Below the pieces are notes generated by a model. It was not told the origin of the DNA. It saw nothing but the letters and a program-made list of their open reading frames with translations, and ran no database searches. The translations under genes were made by a program, and so were the position numbers. This document shows positions 13,601-23,600 of a stretch of 42,842 nt of DNA, piece after piece. Positions within the stretch are counted from its first letter, which is position 1; every line of letters starts with the position of its first letter. Source of the DNA: Thermodesulfovibrionales bacterium (GTDB lineage Bacteria > Nitrospirota > Thermodesulfovibrionia > Thermodesulfovibrionales > SM23-35); the NCBI GenBank assembly GCA_963715195.1, contig CAVQRT010000017.1:1-42842 (forward strand). Reading direction: 5' to 3'.

Positions 13601-16370
13601 TCACGCATACTGGCGCTTGAAGGGGTTGGCAGTTGATTTGGTGATCTGGAACGAAGATCACACGGGTTACAGGCAACTGCTCTACGAACAAATCATGGGG
13701 ATGATTGCAGGCATCGAGGCGAACATGACTGATCGACCGGGTGGCATCTTTGTGCGAGCTGTTGACCAGATACCGAATGAGGACCGCATTCTCCTCCAAG
13801 CGGTCGCCCGTGCCATCCTTACCGATAACCGTGGGACACTTTGGGAACAGATTCACCGTCGCCGCCTTCCAGAACTGAGCGTGCCGTATCTCACGCCGTC
13901 CACTATGCACCGTACCGAACCTTTGGAAAACTCAGGGCTGCCTCGACATGATCTGATCTTCTTTAATGGTCTGGGAGGATTTACTCCTGATGGGCGCGAG
14001 TACGTGGTTACGACTGCTCACGGGCAAGTTACGCCGGCACCGTGGGTGAATGTGCTGGCAAACCCGTATTTCGGAACCGTCATCTCAGAGAATAGCCTTG
14101 CCTATACCTGGAGCGAGAATGCCCATGAGTTCCGCCTCACCCCTTGGTACAACGACCCGGTATGCGATTCAAGCGGAGAAGCTTTTTATCTTCGTGACGA
14201 AGAGAGCGGTTACTTCTGGTCCCTTACGCCACTGCCCAGCCGTGGAGCATTTCCCTATGTCTGCAGGCACGGGTTTGGTTATAGCGTATTTGAGCATACA
14301 GAGGACGGCATTGTCTCTGAGCTGTGGGTGTATGTAGCCCTGGATGCACCGATCAAGTTCATCATGTTAAAGATCAGGAACAAATCAGGTCGCCTGCGCC
14401 GCCTCTCCGCCACGGGATACATTGAATGGGTGCTTGGGAACCTGCGTGCTAAGTCGGCAATGCATATAGTGACCAAAATTGACCCCAATATCGGTGCGCT
14501 TTTTGCGCGAAACTCATATAACCTCGAGTTCGCCGACCGGGTAGCCTTCTTCGATACGGACGATACAATACGTACCGTAAGCGGTGACCGTACTGAGTTC
14601 CTTGGCCGTAATGGCACGCTTCAGAATCCGGCTGCAATGAAACACTCAAGGCTTTCCGGAAAGGTAGGAGCTGCTTTGGATCCTTGCGCCGCTATCCAGA
14701 TCCCATTTGATCTGGCGGATGGGCAAGAGCGAGAGATTGTCTTTAGGCTCGGTGTAGGGCGAGATGCCAATGACGCCAGAAATCTAGTGCTTCGATTTCG
14801 TGGATCTGCCGCAGCACGCGGTGCTCTTGAGGAGGTATGGCAATACTGGAATCACACTCTTGGCGCAGTGAATGTAGAAACACCCGATCAGTCCCTCAAC
14901 GTTTTGACTAACGGCTGGCTCTTATACCAAACTATAGCGAGCCGTCTCTGGGCTCGAAATGGCTACTACCAGCCGGGAGGTGCATTCGGTTTCCGCGATC
15001 AATTGCAGGATGTGATGGCACTTGTCCACGCTGAGCCGCGTCTCATGCGCGAGCACTTGCTTCGCTGCGCAGCCCGCCAGTTTCCAGAAGGAGACGTACA
15101 GCATTGGTGGCATCCCCCTTCAGGTCGAGGCGTACGTACTCACTGTTCTGATGATTATCTGTGGCTGCCGTTGGCAACATGTCGCTACGTTCTGAACACA
15201 GGGGACACCGGGGTATTGGACGAGCCTATCCACTTCATTAAAGGCCGCCCGGTAAATGCGGGGGAGGACTCGTATTACGATCTACCCAGTCAGTCTGAAG
15301 AAACGGTCAGTTTATACGAGCACTGTGTGCGAGCCGTTCTGAGGGCTTTTACTACCGGTGAGCATGGCCTACCACTCATCGGCTCCGGTGACTGGAACGA
15401 TGGTATGAACGCTGTGGGGGAAAAAGGCAGAGGCGAAAGTATTTGGTTGGGATTCTTCCTTTATAAAGTGCTCATGCAGTTTACTGAGATTGCACGCTTG
15501 CATGGTGACATCTCCTTCGTCGAACGCTGCCAGAGAAAAGCAGCTCAACTGCGCCAGAACATCGAGCAACATGGCTGGGATGGTAAATGGTATCGCCGCG
15601 CTTACTTCGACGACGGCTCACCGCTTGGTTCGGCAAGCAATACTGAGTGCCAGATTGACTCGATAGTACAAAGCTGGTCCGTTTTATCCGGGGCGGGAAA
15701 CGTCGAGCGCTCTCGCATAGCAATGGAAGCGGTTGACAAGCGCCTTGTTGACCGGGATCACGCGCTAATCCGCCTCCTGACCCCACCGTTCGATAAGTCG
15801 AATTTAAACCCCGGCTACATTAAAGGGTACGTCCCAGGTGTTAGAGAGAATGGCGGACAATACACTCATGGAGCAATCTGGGCTGTGATGGCATTCGCTT
15901 CATTGGGCGACAACCGGCGTGCATGGGAACTTTTTTCGATGATCAACCCCTTAAACCATGCGCGATCTCCTGAGGAGATAGAGACTTACAAAGTAGAACC
16001 CTACGTCGTTGCAGCTGACGTCTATGCGCTCTCGCCACATACCGGTCGGGGCGGCTGGACATGGTACACGGGATCGGCTGCATGGATGTACCGGCTTATC
16101 GTGGAGTCACTCCTAGGGTTGATTCTTGAAAAAGAAAAACTGCGAATCGCTCCTTGCCTCCCTGCCGATTGGGAGATTTATAAGGTACACTACCGATACC
16201 GGGAAACAGTTTATCATATTATCATCATGCAAGAGTACGATGGGAATAAAGAGATGAGTGTGAAAGTCGACGGCGTTGAGTGCGCCGACCAAGCCATTTG
16301 CCTTGTTGACGATCATCAGGAACATTTGGTGGAGGTGAGAATACGCTCCGCATACAGTAACAGGGATTGA
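7638..16370 (+). CDS. ndvB: Cyclic beta-1,2-glucan synthase (NdvB/Cgs/ChvB type; GT84 + cyclisation domain + GH94 phosphorylase)
   Basis: 2910 aa. GT motifs [33 protein letters not shown] helices; [28 protein letters not shown]94 motifs [24 protein letters not shown]. Confidence 0.95.
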   Translation: MKVSSKTIRWKLFHLRKGPRGDHLTQKYAREERPLRSELFSSDQMEQHGKTLAGLHKLGLVRARGKLLKRLAENERILIEVRNLLQDAVKTYRRITPAGEWLLDNFYLVEEQIHTARRHLPKGYSRELPRLQDGQSAGLPRVYDIALETISHGDGRIDSESLSSFVTAYQSVTSLKLGELWAIPIMLRLALIENLRRIGTRIAADIIDRNLADYWADQITEIAEKDPKNLILAVADMTRSNPPMVSSFVAEFARRLQGQGPVLAMPLTWIKQRLSDHGLTIEQLVQSESQQLATDQVSIRNSLNSLRLLGAVDWREFVEQLSVVEQILCEDPAGVYPKMDFLTRDRYRHVVEKLAKTSELSESEVARKAIHLAHKAADRKGNNNRTAHVGFYIIDKELTELERIAKVRLSPLRAFQRMGRKFALFFYLGTITLTTLAFTGVLLSVAYNSGLHDWLFALIGILSLLCSSHIAVAMANWMATLMSKPHVLPRMDFSKGIPSESSTLAVIPSMLTGVQNIKKLIEALEVRYLANQDKNLYFGLLTDFRDAHAETMPDDEMLLELAREGITDLNEKYRSVEGNIFFLFHRPRRWNPQERVWMGYERKRGKLAALNELLRSGPHGTSNDHFSLIVGNTDILSNVKYVITLDTDTQLPRDSAWQFVGAMAHPLNRPRYDKDKQRVSEGYGILQPRVAVSLVGMNQSRYAHLFGSEPGIDPYTRAVSDVYQDLFHEGSFIGKGIYDVDAFERALSGRFPKNRILSHDLLEGCYARAGLLSDVQLYEEYPSDYRTDVSRRHRWIRGDWQIARWLLSAVPGFSCHRQKNPLSNLSQWKIFDNLRRSLVPTALILLLLLGWTLLTPFSIWTLAVIGIILIPSWIASLVELLQKPSDVLLRQHLATAVRSAGRYSAQAAFTLACLPYEAFFSLDAILRTAWRLIIRRRLLEWNPSSQSNRMRRTELIAFYRRMWISPLIAFAALFYLTLLRPDALAVAGPILAIWGTSPAIAWWISRPLTRRRARLTTDQTIFLRRLSRKTWGFFETFVGPEDHWLPPDNYQEYRIAMVGHRTSPTNMGLALLANLSAYDFGYITAGQLIERTEHAFHTMRKLERHRGHFYNWYDTLTLKPLPPKYISTVDSGNLAASLITLRPGLLELADQKIIGARLYEGLSDTIRILLDVEEGASSAELARLQKDLAFACDSRPNTLTATRLCLDRLLTSAEEVVVNFNDNSKSLTKSWASALIRQCQDALDELTFLAPWTSLKSVPKRFSDLPDIFDIPTLRELAKLDMELMPATKHQLKFDTTPEERKWFDDLRALVTEASQRARARIAKIDLLAQQSSELARMEYDFLFDETRNLLAIGYNFGERRRDESYYDLLASEARICTFVAIAQEQLPQESWFALGRLLTTVGGGPILLSWSGSMFEYLMPLLMMPTYENTLLDRTCKAAVKRQIEYGRQRGVPWGMSESGYNMVDIRLNYQYRAFGVPNLGLKRGLSEDLVIAPYASALALMMEPEEACLNLQRLAKEGLEGKYGFYEAIDYTPSRLPHGQSSTVVRSFMAHHQGMTILSLAYLLLDRPMQRRFESDPLVQATTLLLQERVPKATTYYSPAELSDLHMISGGAETRVRVFSSPSTPIPEVQLLSNGRYHVMVTNAGGGYSRWQDIAVTRWREDTTSDNWGMFCYLRDITSGECWSNAYQPTLKHSDKYEAIFSEARAEFRRRDYDFDTHTEITVSPEDDIEVRRITITNRAMTRKAIEVTSYAEVVLTSPTADALHPAFNNLFIQTEILPQRKTILCTRRPRSFGESVPWMFHRMAVHGAEIREVSYETDRSRFIGRGNRVTNPQAMRESAPLSGSQGSVLDPIVAIRHHIMIEPEKTATIYIVSGIGETRDAVLTLVEKYQDQRLADRVFDLAWTHSQVVLQQLNATTADAQLYEHLAGPVIYANSSLRADASVLISNRRGQSGLWGYSISGDLPIVLLQIGDPENIDLVRQLVQAHAYWRLKGLAVDLVIWNEDHTGYRQLLYEQIMGMIAGIEANMTDRPGGIFVRAVDQIPNEDRILLQAVARAILTDNRGTLWEQIHRRRLPELSVPYLTPSTMHRTEPLENSGLPRHDLIFFNGLGGFTPDGREYVVTTAHGQVTPAPWVNVLANPYFGTVISENSLAYTWSENAHEFRLTPWYNDPVCDSSGEAFYLRDEESGYFWSLTPLPSRGAFPYVCRHGFGYSVFEHTEDGIVSELWVYVALDAPIKFIMLKIRNKSGRLRRLSATGYIEWVLGNLRAKSAMHIVTKIDPNIGALFARNSYNLEFADRVAFFDTDDTIRTVSGDRTEFLGRNGTLQNPAAMKHSRLSGKVGAALDPCAAIQIPFDLADGQEREIVFRLGVGRDANDARNLVLRFRGSAAARGALEEVWQYWNHTLGAVNVETPDQSLNVLTNGWLLYQTIASRLWARNGYYQPGGAFGFRDQLQDVMALVHAEPRLMREHLLRCAARQFPEGDVQHWWHPPSGRGVRTHCSDDYLWLPLATCRYVLNTGDTGVLDEPIHFIKGRPVNAGEDSYYDLPSQSEETVSLYEHCVRAVLRAFTTGEHGLPLIGSGDWNDGMNAVGEKGRGESIWLGFFLYKVLMQFTEIARLHGDISFVERCQRKAAQLRQNIEQHGWDGKWYRRAYFDDGSPLGSASNTECQIDSIVQSWSVLSGAGNVERSRIAMEAVDKRLVDRDHALIRLLTPPFDKSNLNPGYIKGYVPGVRENGGQYTHGAIWAVMAFASLGDNRRAWELFSMINPLNHARSPEEIETYKVEPYVVAADVYALSPHTGRGGWTWYTGSAAWMYRLIVESLLGLILEKEKLRIAPCLPADWEIYKVHYRYRETVYHIIIMQEYDGNKEMSVKVDGVECADQAICLVDDHQEHLVEVRIRSAYSNRD

Positions 16371-16764
16371 CCATTCGAAAAGTTCGATTGTGAAGTACGG
16401 ACTTTCAACTGATACTCACCAGCTCTATTCAAACCATTGACCGCGTTTGTTTAAGATATAAGGTGTAACCACAATTATACTTCTGACTGTATATTTTGAT
16501 GAAGTCCGTAATCCATGAGGGTTTTCCAAGGTACGCTGGATGAAAAACTAGAAAAATATTCTTGTTATGCTTCTTGAAAGATTACTTCAATGGGATTGAT
16601 GCTGATGACTACGCCGAAGGACATATCAGCACCAGAACCATTTAACCTGGTGTAGGTTCTCTCATTATTCTTTAAAATCAAGGTTTTTAGAAATACCTAC
16701 TCGTACAATTAATCACAATCAGTCACCAGAATAGTGACAAAAAGTACATGATAAATAAGGAAAA

Positions 16765-16821
16765 TGGTACCCTCTGAAGGATTCGAACCTGCGACACCAT
16801 GCTTTAGAAAACCGATTCTCT
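16765..16821 (-). pseudogene. Degenerate tRNA-Arg(UCU) 3' fragment (att-site-like)
   Basis: Minus strand reads AGAGAATCGGTTTTCTAAAGCATGGTGTCGCAGGTTCGAATCCTTCAGAGGGTACCA: T-loop GGTTCGAATCC, terminal CCA and a TTCTAA anticodon-like loop, but mispaired stems and no 5' half. Confidence 0.6.
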
Positions 16822-16926
16822 GATGCTTGTGTTGATATACTTTTTCAGGACTGATTATTTCACCACGCTCCGTTCACCGGACAGGCGGGGATTCGCCGCA
16901 CAGGATTCTTCACGGAAAATTACGTA

Positions 16927-16955
16927 TTGCTCAAAAAGGTTATGTGAGCTATACT
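16927..16955 (+). promoter_or_regulatory. Sigma70 promoter of the CBS-Nramp-mtnA operon
   Basis: TTGCTC-17 nt-TATACT, 35 nt before the ATG at 16990 (RBS AGGAG). Confidence 0.6.
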
Positions 16956-16989
16956 TTTTTAATCACTTTATTATTACACAGGAGAAATA

Positions 16990-18252
16990 ATGCCCTTTTT
17001 CGGTGAACTTTTCGCGAGTGAGATACTCAAAAAGCATGTGCTCGACCCCAAAGGCGAGGAACTCGGGAGAGTAAAGGACCTTATCGTGGTTAAGGGAGAG
17101 ACACTTCCCAAAGTATCCGCCGTTATCATCGCGAGAAAAAAGGACTATTTTCTGATTCACTGGAATCAACTGAGCATTTTCAACAAAAGGATCATCTCAT
17201 CAAAAGTATACAGCGATGCACTTCAGCCCTACGTGCTGAGCGAGGAGGACCTGCTGCTGGTAAGAGATATACTTGACAAGCAGATAGTTGACGCGAACGG
17301 GGCAAAAGTAGTGAGGGTGAACGATGTGAAGCTGGAAGGATATAAATCGAAAGCCGTTCTGATTGCAGTCGATGTAGGAATGCGGGGAATTATGAGGAGA
17401 CTGCACATCGAGCGGGGGGGGGAAGATTTCCTGAAAATCTTCAAGAAGCATCTCGCCTACAACCTTATAAGCTGGAATTACATACAGCCCCTCGAGCCGA
17501 AGTTGTCGACACTGTCCCTGACCGTTCCGAGACAGATGGTCTCGGAACTTCACCCTGCAGATATCGCTGACATCATCAGCCAAATCTCACAGAAAGAGGG
17601 GGAAGCCTTTTTCCAGGGTCTCGATATTGAAATCGCCGCGGAAGCACTCTCTGAACTCCAGTCCGATGTCCAGACATCTATCATCAGCGGCATGGACGCG
17701 GAAAAGGCAGCGGACATCATTGAAGAGATGCCACCGGATGAGGCCGCCGACATCATCAGTGAACTGTCCGCGGAAAAGGCGCGGGAGATCCTCATCCATA
17801 TCCACAAGGAAGAGGCAGAGGACATCCAGGAACTTCTGAATCACGAAGAAGATACCGCAGGCGGGCTTATGACAAATGTGTTTATCGCATATCACCCGGA
17901 AACTCCTGTAAGAAAGGCAATCGACAATTTCAAGAAAGATGCCGAGGAAGTTGAGACCGTCTATTATCTCTACGTGACAGATGAGCAAGAAAAACTCCTT
18001 GGCGTCGTATCTCTCAGGGACCTCCTCCTGGCTGACCTTGACGCCAAACTCGTTGATATTATGCGGACAAAGCTGAAAATGGTAACCCCTGAAATCGATG
18101 AACTTGAAGTGGCCGAAATCATCTCTAAATACAACCTCGTTGCCCTTCCTGTGGTCGACAACGAGGGGATTTTGCTCGGCATCGTGACAATCGACGATAT
18201 CGTTGACAGAATACTGCCGCCCGCTGCCAAGCGCAAGAGGAGAAAGGTATGA
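16990..18252 (+). CDS. Soluble PRC-barrel + MgtE N-terminal + CBS-pair protein
   Basis: RDILDKQIVDANGAKVVRVND, LHPADIADII, EEMPPDEAADII, EDTAGGLM, LPVVD...GIVTIDD. No MgtE membrane domain. Confidence 0.88.
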   Translation: MPFFGELFASEILKKHVLDPKGEELGRVKDLIVVKGETLPKVSAVIIARKKDYFLIHWNQLSIFNKRIISSKVYSDALQPYVLSEEDLLLVRDILDKQIVDANGAKVVRVNDVKLEGYKSKAVLIAVDVGMRGIMRRLHIERGGEDFLKIFKKHLAYNLISWNYIQPLEPKLSTLSLTVPRQMVSELHPADIADIISQISQKEGEAFFQGLDIEIAAEALSELQSDVQTSIISGMDAEKAADIIEEMPPDEAADIISELSAEKAREILIHIHKEEAEDIQELLNHEEDTAGGLMTNVFIAYHPETPVRKAIDNFKKDAEEVETVYYLYVTDEQEKLLGVVSLRDLLLADLDAKLVDIMRTKLKMVTPEIDELEVAEIISKYNLVALPVVDNEGILLGIVTIDDIVDRILPPAAKRKRRKV

Positions 18253-19493
18253 CCCGATGGAAAAGGATCGTCCTCTTTCTCTCGATCATGGGACCCGGTA
18301 TAATCTCGGCAAACGTTGACCACGATGCCAGCGGCATTACCACGTATTCTGTCGCCGGTGCACGGTTCGGCTACTCGATCCTCTGGATTCTTGTCCCCAC
18401 CACTTTTTCCCTCATCGTCATACAGGAGATGGTTGCAAGAATGGGTGCGGTCACAGGAAAGGGGCTTTCTGATCTTATCAGGGAAAACTACGGGGTGAAA
18501 GCCGCCTTTTACATGATGGGGGCCCTTCTCCTCGCAAACTTTGGCACTACCGTCGCGAATTTTGCAGGTCTCGCTGCAAGCATGGAAATTCTGGGGCTCA
18601 GCAAATACATCATGGTACCTGTTGGCGCTGTCTCCATCTGGATCCTTGTCACACGCGGGAGCTACAAGACAGTAGAGAAGGTGCTTCTTGTTGCCTGTCT
18701 TCTCTATTTCGGTTATGTCATTTCAGGCCTGATGGCAAAGCCTCACTGGCCGGAAGTAATAAAGAACACCTTCATGCCCCAGATTCAATGGAATCCGGAG
18801 TATGTTATCCTGAGCATCGCGATCATCGGCACCACGATCACCCCATGGATGCAGTTTTTCCTCCAGTCCTCTATTGCCGAGAAGGGCATAAGGCAGGAAG
18901 ACCTGAAGGCATCACGTCTTGACGTATTGATCGGGTGCGGTATTACAGAAATTATCGCCTTTTTCATTATTGTAACCTGTGCGGCGACGCTTTTCAGCAA
19001 CAGCATCCGTATCAACGAGGCCTCCGAAGCTGCAATGGCACTGAAACCCCTTGCGGGAAACTACGCCTTTCTCATTTTTGCCGTCAGCCTCGCGAACGCC
19101 TCGTTGCTCGGAGCAATTATCGTTCCCCTTGCCACCTCTTACTACATATGTGAAGCGATGGGCTGGGAGCGCGGGGTAAACAAGTCCTTTAAAGAAGCTC
19201 CTCAGTTTATGGGTATCTATACTTTTATGATCGCGCTTGCGGCCCTCCTGATTCTCACGCCCAATGCCCCGCTTGTGTTCCTTATGGTCCTGTCTTCAGT
19301 GGTAAACGGCATCCTGCTTCCCTTCGTACTCATATATGCAATCTCGCTTGTAAACAATAAAAAACTGATGGGTGACTACTGTAACTCGCGGTTTCACAAT
19401 ATTATCTCATGGGGAACAGTGGGAGGCCTCATACTGTTGACGATCTTTTTCGTAGTGACAATACTTTTCCCTTTGAGGACCGGCAATGGTTAA
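18249..19493 (+). CDS. Nramp-family divalent metal transporter (NRMT-like, probably Mg2+)
   Basis: GPGIISANVDHDASGITTYS, QEMVARMGAVTGKGL, GTTITPWMQFF, about 11 TM helices. Overlaps the upstream stop (ATGA). Confidence 0.88.
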   Translation: MTRWKRIVLFLSIMGPGIISANVDHDASGITTYSVAGARFGYSILWILVPTTFSLIVIQEMVARMGAVTGKGLSDLIRENYGVKAAFYMMGALLLANFGTTVANFAGLAASMEILGLSKYIMVPVGAVSIWILVTRGSYKTVEKVLLVACLLYFGYVISGLMAKPHWPEVIKNTFMPQIQWNPEYVILSIAIIGTTITPWMQFFLQSSIAEKGIRQEDLKASRLDVLIGCGITEIIAFFIIVTCAATLFSNSIRINEASEAAMALKPLAGNYAFLIFAVSLANASLLGAIIVPLATSYYICEAMGWERGVNKSFKEAPQFMGIYTFMIALAALLILTPNAPLVFLMVLSSVVNGILLPFVLIYAISLVNNKKLMGDYCNSRFHNIISWGTVGGLILLTIFFVVTILFPLRTGNG

Positions 19494-20559
19494 CGCAATC
19501 GAATGGATTGACGGAAAGGTGGTCATGCTCGACCAGAGCAGGCTTCCCCTCGAGGTCACGTTCATCGAATGCAAAGACTATCTACAGGTCGCGGAAGGAA
19601 TCCGGAAGCTCTGGATCCGTGGAGCACCTGCAATCGGGATCGCCGCGGCAATGGGAATTGCACTGGGCGCACAGGAAATCAGGGCTGCAGATTTTCATGA
19701 CTTCCTGAAAAAAATGGAACCTCTTTTCGATGAAATGCTCTCAACACGCCCTACCGCCGTGAATATCCGGTGGGTTGTTGAAAGGATAAAAAACGTCCTG
19801 AAAGACCACCGCAATGAAACGGTCCAGGGGTTAAAGGAATTACTCATACGGGAAGCCTGTTTGATCCTTGAGGAAGACAGGGCGGTCAACAGGGCAATTG
19901 GCGAATGGGGTGCCGGTTTTATCCGTGACGGGGACACCATACTTACTCATTGCAACGCAGGCGCACTTGCCACTGGCGGTTTTGGCACCGCCACTTCACC
20001 AATGCTCGTTGCGCTGGAACAGGGAAAGCGTATTCACGTGTTTGCGGACGAGACACGGCCGGTACTTCAGGGGGCAAGGCTCACTTCATGGGAGCTTATG
20101 CAGTCAGGAATTCCCGTAACCCTCATCACTGACAACGCTGCCGGCGCGCTTATGAAAAACGGTGAAATCGACCTCGCAATCGTGGGCACTGACAGGACAG
20201 CACGCAACGGGGACGTTGCAAACAAAATAGGCACCTATACTGTCGCAGTGCTCTGCAAAACCCATAAAATTCCGTTCTACGTGGCTGCTCCTCTCAGCAG
20301 CATAGACTTCTCCATACCGTCGGGTGATTCGATCCCTATAGAGGAACGGGGGCCCGAGGAAGTAACCCATATTTTCGGACAATACCGTATAGCTCCCGAG
20401 GGAGTACACGTGAGGAATATTGCGTTTGATGTGACTCCCCACCGATACGTAACTGCGATCATCACCGAAAAAGGGGCGTTCAGACCGGTACATTTAAAAA
20501 AACTCATGAAAAAAGACATTGACCTCCGGGAATTTCGTCTCTTAACGGCTAAAAAATAA
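19486..20559 (+). CDS. mtnA: S-methyl-5-thioribose-1-phosphate isomerase
   Basis: IRGAPAIG, RPTAVN, THCNAGALAT, DETRP..QGARLT, NKIGTY, FDVTP. Confidence 0.95.
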   Translation: MVNAIEWIDGKVVMLDQSRLPLEVTFIECKDYLQVAEGIRKLWIRGAPAIGIAAAMGIALGAQEIRAADFHDFLKKMEPLFDEMLSTRPTAVNIRWVVERIKNVLKDHRNETVQGLKELLIREACLILEEDRAVNRAIGEWGAGFIRDGDTILTHCNAGALATGGFGTATSPMLVALEQGKRIHVFADETRPVLQGARLTSWELMQSGIPVTLITDNAAGALMKNGEIDLAIVGTDRTARNGDVANKIGTYTVAVLCKTHKIPFYVAAPLSSIDFSIPSGDSIPIEERGPEEVTHIFGQYRIAPEGVHVRNIAFDVTPHRYVTAIITEKGAFRPVHLKKLMKKDIDLREFRLLTAKK

Positions 20560-20674
20560 TACCAGGGCACACTCCTCTTTTTTGACTCTCTCCTGAAAGC
20601 TCCCATATAATATTAATAGGTACGTACCGGGATATAAGGAATCGAACTGCAGACAAGAAAATATATATATTAAG

Positions 20675-23600
20675 ATGACCATGAACATACAGCTCATATA
20701 CGGAAATTTCCTAAAGGCCGCGATTTTTTTTCTCTGCCTTATCCTCTCATCTGTTGTCCCCATTGAAAGTATCTCTGCTGCTTCTCCTCCTGCAGATAGC
20801 ATAGGCACCCATATGAAAGGCCTGTCGCTTGTGCTGCCTTTCATCGAAAACAGGGGACAGGTAGAAGAGAAGGATGTCCTTTTCACCCTGACCACTCTGT
20901 CGGGTAATGTGCATGTCAAGCGGTCAGGGGAAATCATCTATCTGTTCCGCGATAAGAACCCCTCCCCTGATCAGGTGACTGTGACACTGAGGGAACGCTT
21001 TCTCGGGTCAGCGCCCCATGATGTGTGCGGGGAAAAACCCGGGGGGACACATATCAATTACCTGAGGGGTGCTTCTTCTCCTTCCCTGATACGTGACATA
21101 AAAACCTATCATGCAGTCAGCCTAGGAGAGGTGTACAAAGGGATACGTGTATCGCTCAAGGCTCATGGGCAGAGTCTTGAAAAATATTTCTATGTTGCAC
21201 CCGGCGCAGACCCCTCAGACATCATGATTGCCTTCGACGGCATGGACAGCGCAAGGCTATGTCCCGGGGGCGAACTTGAATTCCTTTCTGATGAAGGGAT
21301 CATACAATTCTCCAGGCCTGTCGCATATCAGGAAATCGACGGAGAAAAGAAGAACGTCGAGGTCTCATACCGTCTTACGGGAAACACATACGGCTTCGCC
21401 GTCGGAGAATATGACACGAAAAAGACGCTCATCATTGATCCTGTTCTTGCATCTTCCTTTCTCGGGGGGCGGAATGAAGACTACCCTACCAGTATCGCCC
21501 TTGATGCTTCCGGCAATGTGTTTGTTGCCGGCTGGGTCTACTCGCCCGACTTCCCCGGGGTCGATTCAGGCTCCGCTGACAGCACCTATACGGGTTTTGA
21601 CTCCGGCAGAACAGAGGGGTTCATCGCGAAACTGAATTCAGACCTCACCACGATCATCACCGCAACGTTCATCGGCGGGAGCTATGACGAAACATTCACC
21701 GAAATCGCGGTGGACAGCGCCGGAAACGTCTATGCCGGAGGGTTTACCGGCTCACCCGACTTTCCGGGAATCGCCTCTGATGCCGCGGACCAGACGTTTG
21801 AGAAAGGTGAAGCCTTCGTGGTGAAGCTCGACCCCTCACTCAGTACCCTCCTGGCCGCTACGTTCCTGGGCGGAAGCAATGACGAATCCATCCGGGACAT
21901 CGCCCTGGACAGCGCCGCGAATGTGTATGTCACCGGATATACCGGTTCATACGACTTCCCCGGGATCACAGGTGCGTCCGCTGACAGCCAGTTCAACAAC
22001 CCTGCAGGTGAATTCAAGGGACATTACGAAGGGTTCGTTGCAAAACTAAATCCAGATCTCACGTCTGTCCGCTCTTCCACTTTTCTTGGAGGAAACGACG
22101 ACGACATCCCGCTTTCTCTTGGACTCAACAAGAATGCCGTGGACGGCGATACCGGACAATTCACCTCTCTTGCCCTTGCCCCGGACGGGAGCCTTCATAT
22201 CAGTTACTATGATGCTGACAACGGGTATCTCAAATATGCGACAAATTCCTCCGGCTCATGGGTTTCCCAGACGGTCGACAGCAGGGGCGATGTCGGACTC
22301 TGGTCTTCGATCGCCCTCGATGCAGCCAACAACGTGCATATCAGCTACTATGACACCACCAACGGCGATCTGAAATACGCACAAAACACTTCAGGCTACT
22401 GGGTAGTCGAAACACTGGATGACTCTGCAGACGATGTCGGCCTTTACTCCTCGATCGCCCTCAATGCCGCCACCATACACATCAGCTACTACGACGCCAC
22501 CAACGGCGACCTCAAGTACATATCCTACGACGGCGCTGCATGGTCTGCACCCGCTGCGCTCGACTTCGCAGACGACGTCGGCCTTTACTCCTCGATCGCC
22601 CTCAATGCCGCCACCATACACATCAGCTACTACGACGCCACCAACGGCGACCTCAAGTACATATCCTACGACGGCGCTGCATGGTCTGCACCCGCTGCGC
22701 TCGACTTCGCAGACGACGTCGGCCTTTACTCCTCGATCGCCCTCAATGCCGCCACCATACACATCAGCTACTACGACGCCACCAACGGCGACCTCAAGTA
22801 CATATCCTACGACGGCGCTGCATGGTCTGCACCCGCTGCGCTCGACTTCGCAGACGACGTCGGCCTTTACTCCTCGATCGCCCTCAATGCCGCCACCATA
22901 CACATCAGCTACTACGACGCCACCAACGGCGACCTCAAGTACATATCCTACGACGGCGCTGCATGGTCTGCACCCGCTGCGCTCGACTTCGCAGACGACG
23001 TCGGCCTTTACTCCTCGATCGCCCTCAATGCCGCCACCATACACATCAGCTACTACGACGCCACCAACGGCGACCTCAAGTACATATCCTACGACGGCAT
23101 TGCATGGTCTGTTTCGATTGCTGACAATTCGGGACACGCGCACAGCTATGTCGCGGGATGGACAAAATCCGCAGATTTTCCGGGTATCGACCCGGTTCTT
23201 TCATTAGACAGCACGATTGAAGACTACGGGACAGAGGGCTTCGTCGCCCGTATGAACCCTGACCTGAGCGGGGCCGTTCTCGCTTCCACGTTTCTCGGTG
23301 GAAACGATGAGGATGTACCCGTGTCTCTGACCCTTGATACCGCGGGCATTCCCTATGTAACGGGATTTACATATTCCACGCAGGACTTCCCGGGCATATC
23401 AGGGGCCCCGTCCGGCCCCAACGACACGTTTGTCCTGAAACTGGCCCAGGACCTGGCTTCTTTCTCCGATGCCATCCTCCTCGGCGGCAGCAGCACCGAC
23501 GTCCCCTCATGCATCACGGTCAGCCCTTCCGGGAATGTATACGTGTCTGGCCTCACACAGTCAAACGACTTCCCGGGCATCACGTCCGATTCAGCGGACA

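Larger units (their letters stand above)
4440..16821. mobile_element. Putative decayed genomic island (no integrase seen)
   Basis: AT-rich 4.4-7.6 kb and 16.4-16.8 kb segments, several gene remnants, accessory cargo and a degenerate tRNA 3' fragment at the right edge. Boundaries are approximate and no matching left att site was found. Confidence 0.45.

Noticed and set aside
7419..16419. 10-bp direct repeat TGATACTCAC on both sides of ndvB as a target-site duplication
   Set aside because: Too short to exceed chance in these intergenic regions, and there are no terminal inverted repeats or transposase.
16396..16510. TACGGACTT/AAGTCCGTA inverted repeat as a MITE
   Set aside because: Only about 9 bp, single occurrence, no flanking duplication.
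16920..16931. TTACGTATTGCT matches the end of the Nanopore ligation adapter
   Set aside because: Only 12 nt match, the rest of the adapter is absent, and it overlaps a well-spaced -35 box. Probably coincidence, though worth checking in reads.
22427..23111. Tandem repeat as a CRISPR array or DGR template
   Set aside because: Units are contiguous with no unique spacers, the length is a multiple of 3 and in frame with a protein, and no cas or reverse transcriptase gene is present.
22391..23207. Long alternative-frame repetitive ORFs (250, 262 and 194 aa)
   Set aside because: They are by-products of a stop-free 141-bp unit repeated in tandem.
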